Below, one piece after another: positions 63,781 through 64,000 of a stretch of DNA of 64,000 nt (position 1 is its first letter; each line of letters opens with the position of its first letter). The notes under the pieces are model-generated. The model worked only from the letters and a program-made list of their open reading frames with translations. It searched no databases and had not been told where the DNA came from. The translations under genes and the position numbers were made by a program. Source of the DNA: Eledone cirrhosa (Eukaryota); NCBI GenBank assembly GCA_964016885.1, contig OZ024741.1:305970001-306034000 (forward strand), written 5' to 3'.

Positions 63781-64000
63781 TGGAACAGCAAGTGCACCAA
63801 ATTAACGGGCAAGTGGCTGAGCATTCCACAGACACATGTACCCTTAACATAGTTCTCAGGGAGATTCAGCGTGACACAGAATATGACAAGGTTGGCCCTT
63901 CAAATTACAGGTATAACTCATTTTTGCCAGCTGAGTGGACAGGAGCAATGGGAAATAAAGTATTTTGCCCAAGGACACAATGCACCACTGGGAATCGAAC
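63781..64000 (-). mobile_element. CORE-like tRNA-derived SINE (runs off the window end)
   Basis: Minus strand GTTCGATTCCC B-box followed by TTGTGTCCTTGGGCAAAATACTTTATTTC...CACTCAGCTGGCAAAAATGAGT. Confidence 0.75.

Overview
Eukaryotic, AT-rich, microsatellite-saturated animal DNA. The SINE and LINE families and the (TA)n/(TACA)n/(GAT)n density look like a coleoid cephalopod such as octopus, which is an inference. There are no prokaryotic features. Only two host exons can be supported, both on the minus strand: 53226-53336 and a terminal exon 40391-40578. They splice in phase to give the C-terminus of a RING-HC E3 ligase. Almost everything else is mobile or repetitive: (i) RTE-clade LINEs, one near full length, carrying a C4HC3 PHD finger inside the reverse transcriptase; (ii) a full-length Tx1/L1-clade LINE and two R4/Dong-type RLE LINEs stacked in one (TAA)n tract; (iii) Penelope-like elements of apparent Naiad type, including an 11.4-kb nested structure bounded by ~1.3-kb inverted repeats inside the host's last intron; (iv) about ten hammerhead-ribozyme motifs, several inside fold-back palindromes; (v) DD37D maT and mariner relics and several MITEs; (vi) a 12.8-kb GTG/TTG triplet satellite with a 4,917-bp higher-order duplication, open on both strands. 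The most interesting signals are the intronic hammerhead with its own antisense copy, the PHD-in-RT retrotransposon, the partitioning of microsatellite targets among retroelement families, and the in-frame giant satellite. All calls were made by eye, so the boundaries of degenerate repeats are approximate.
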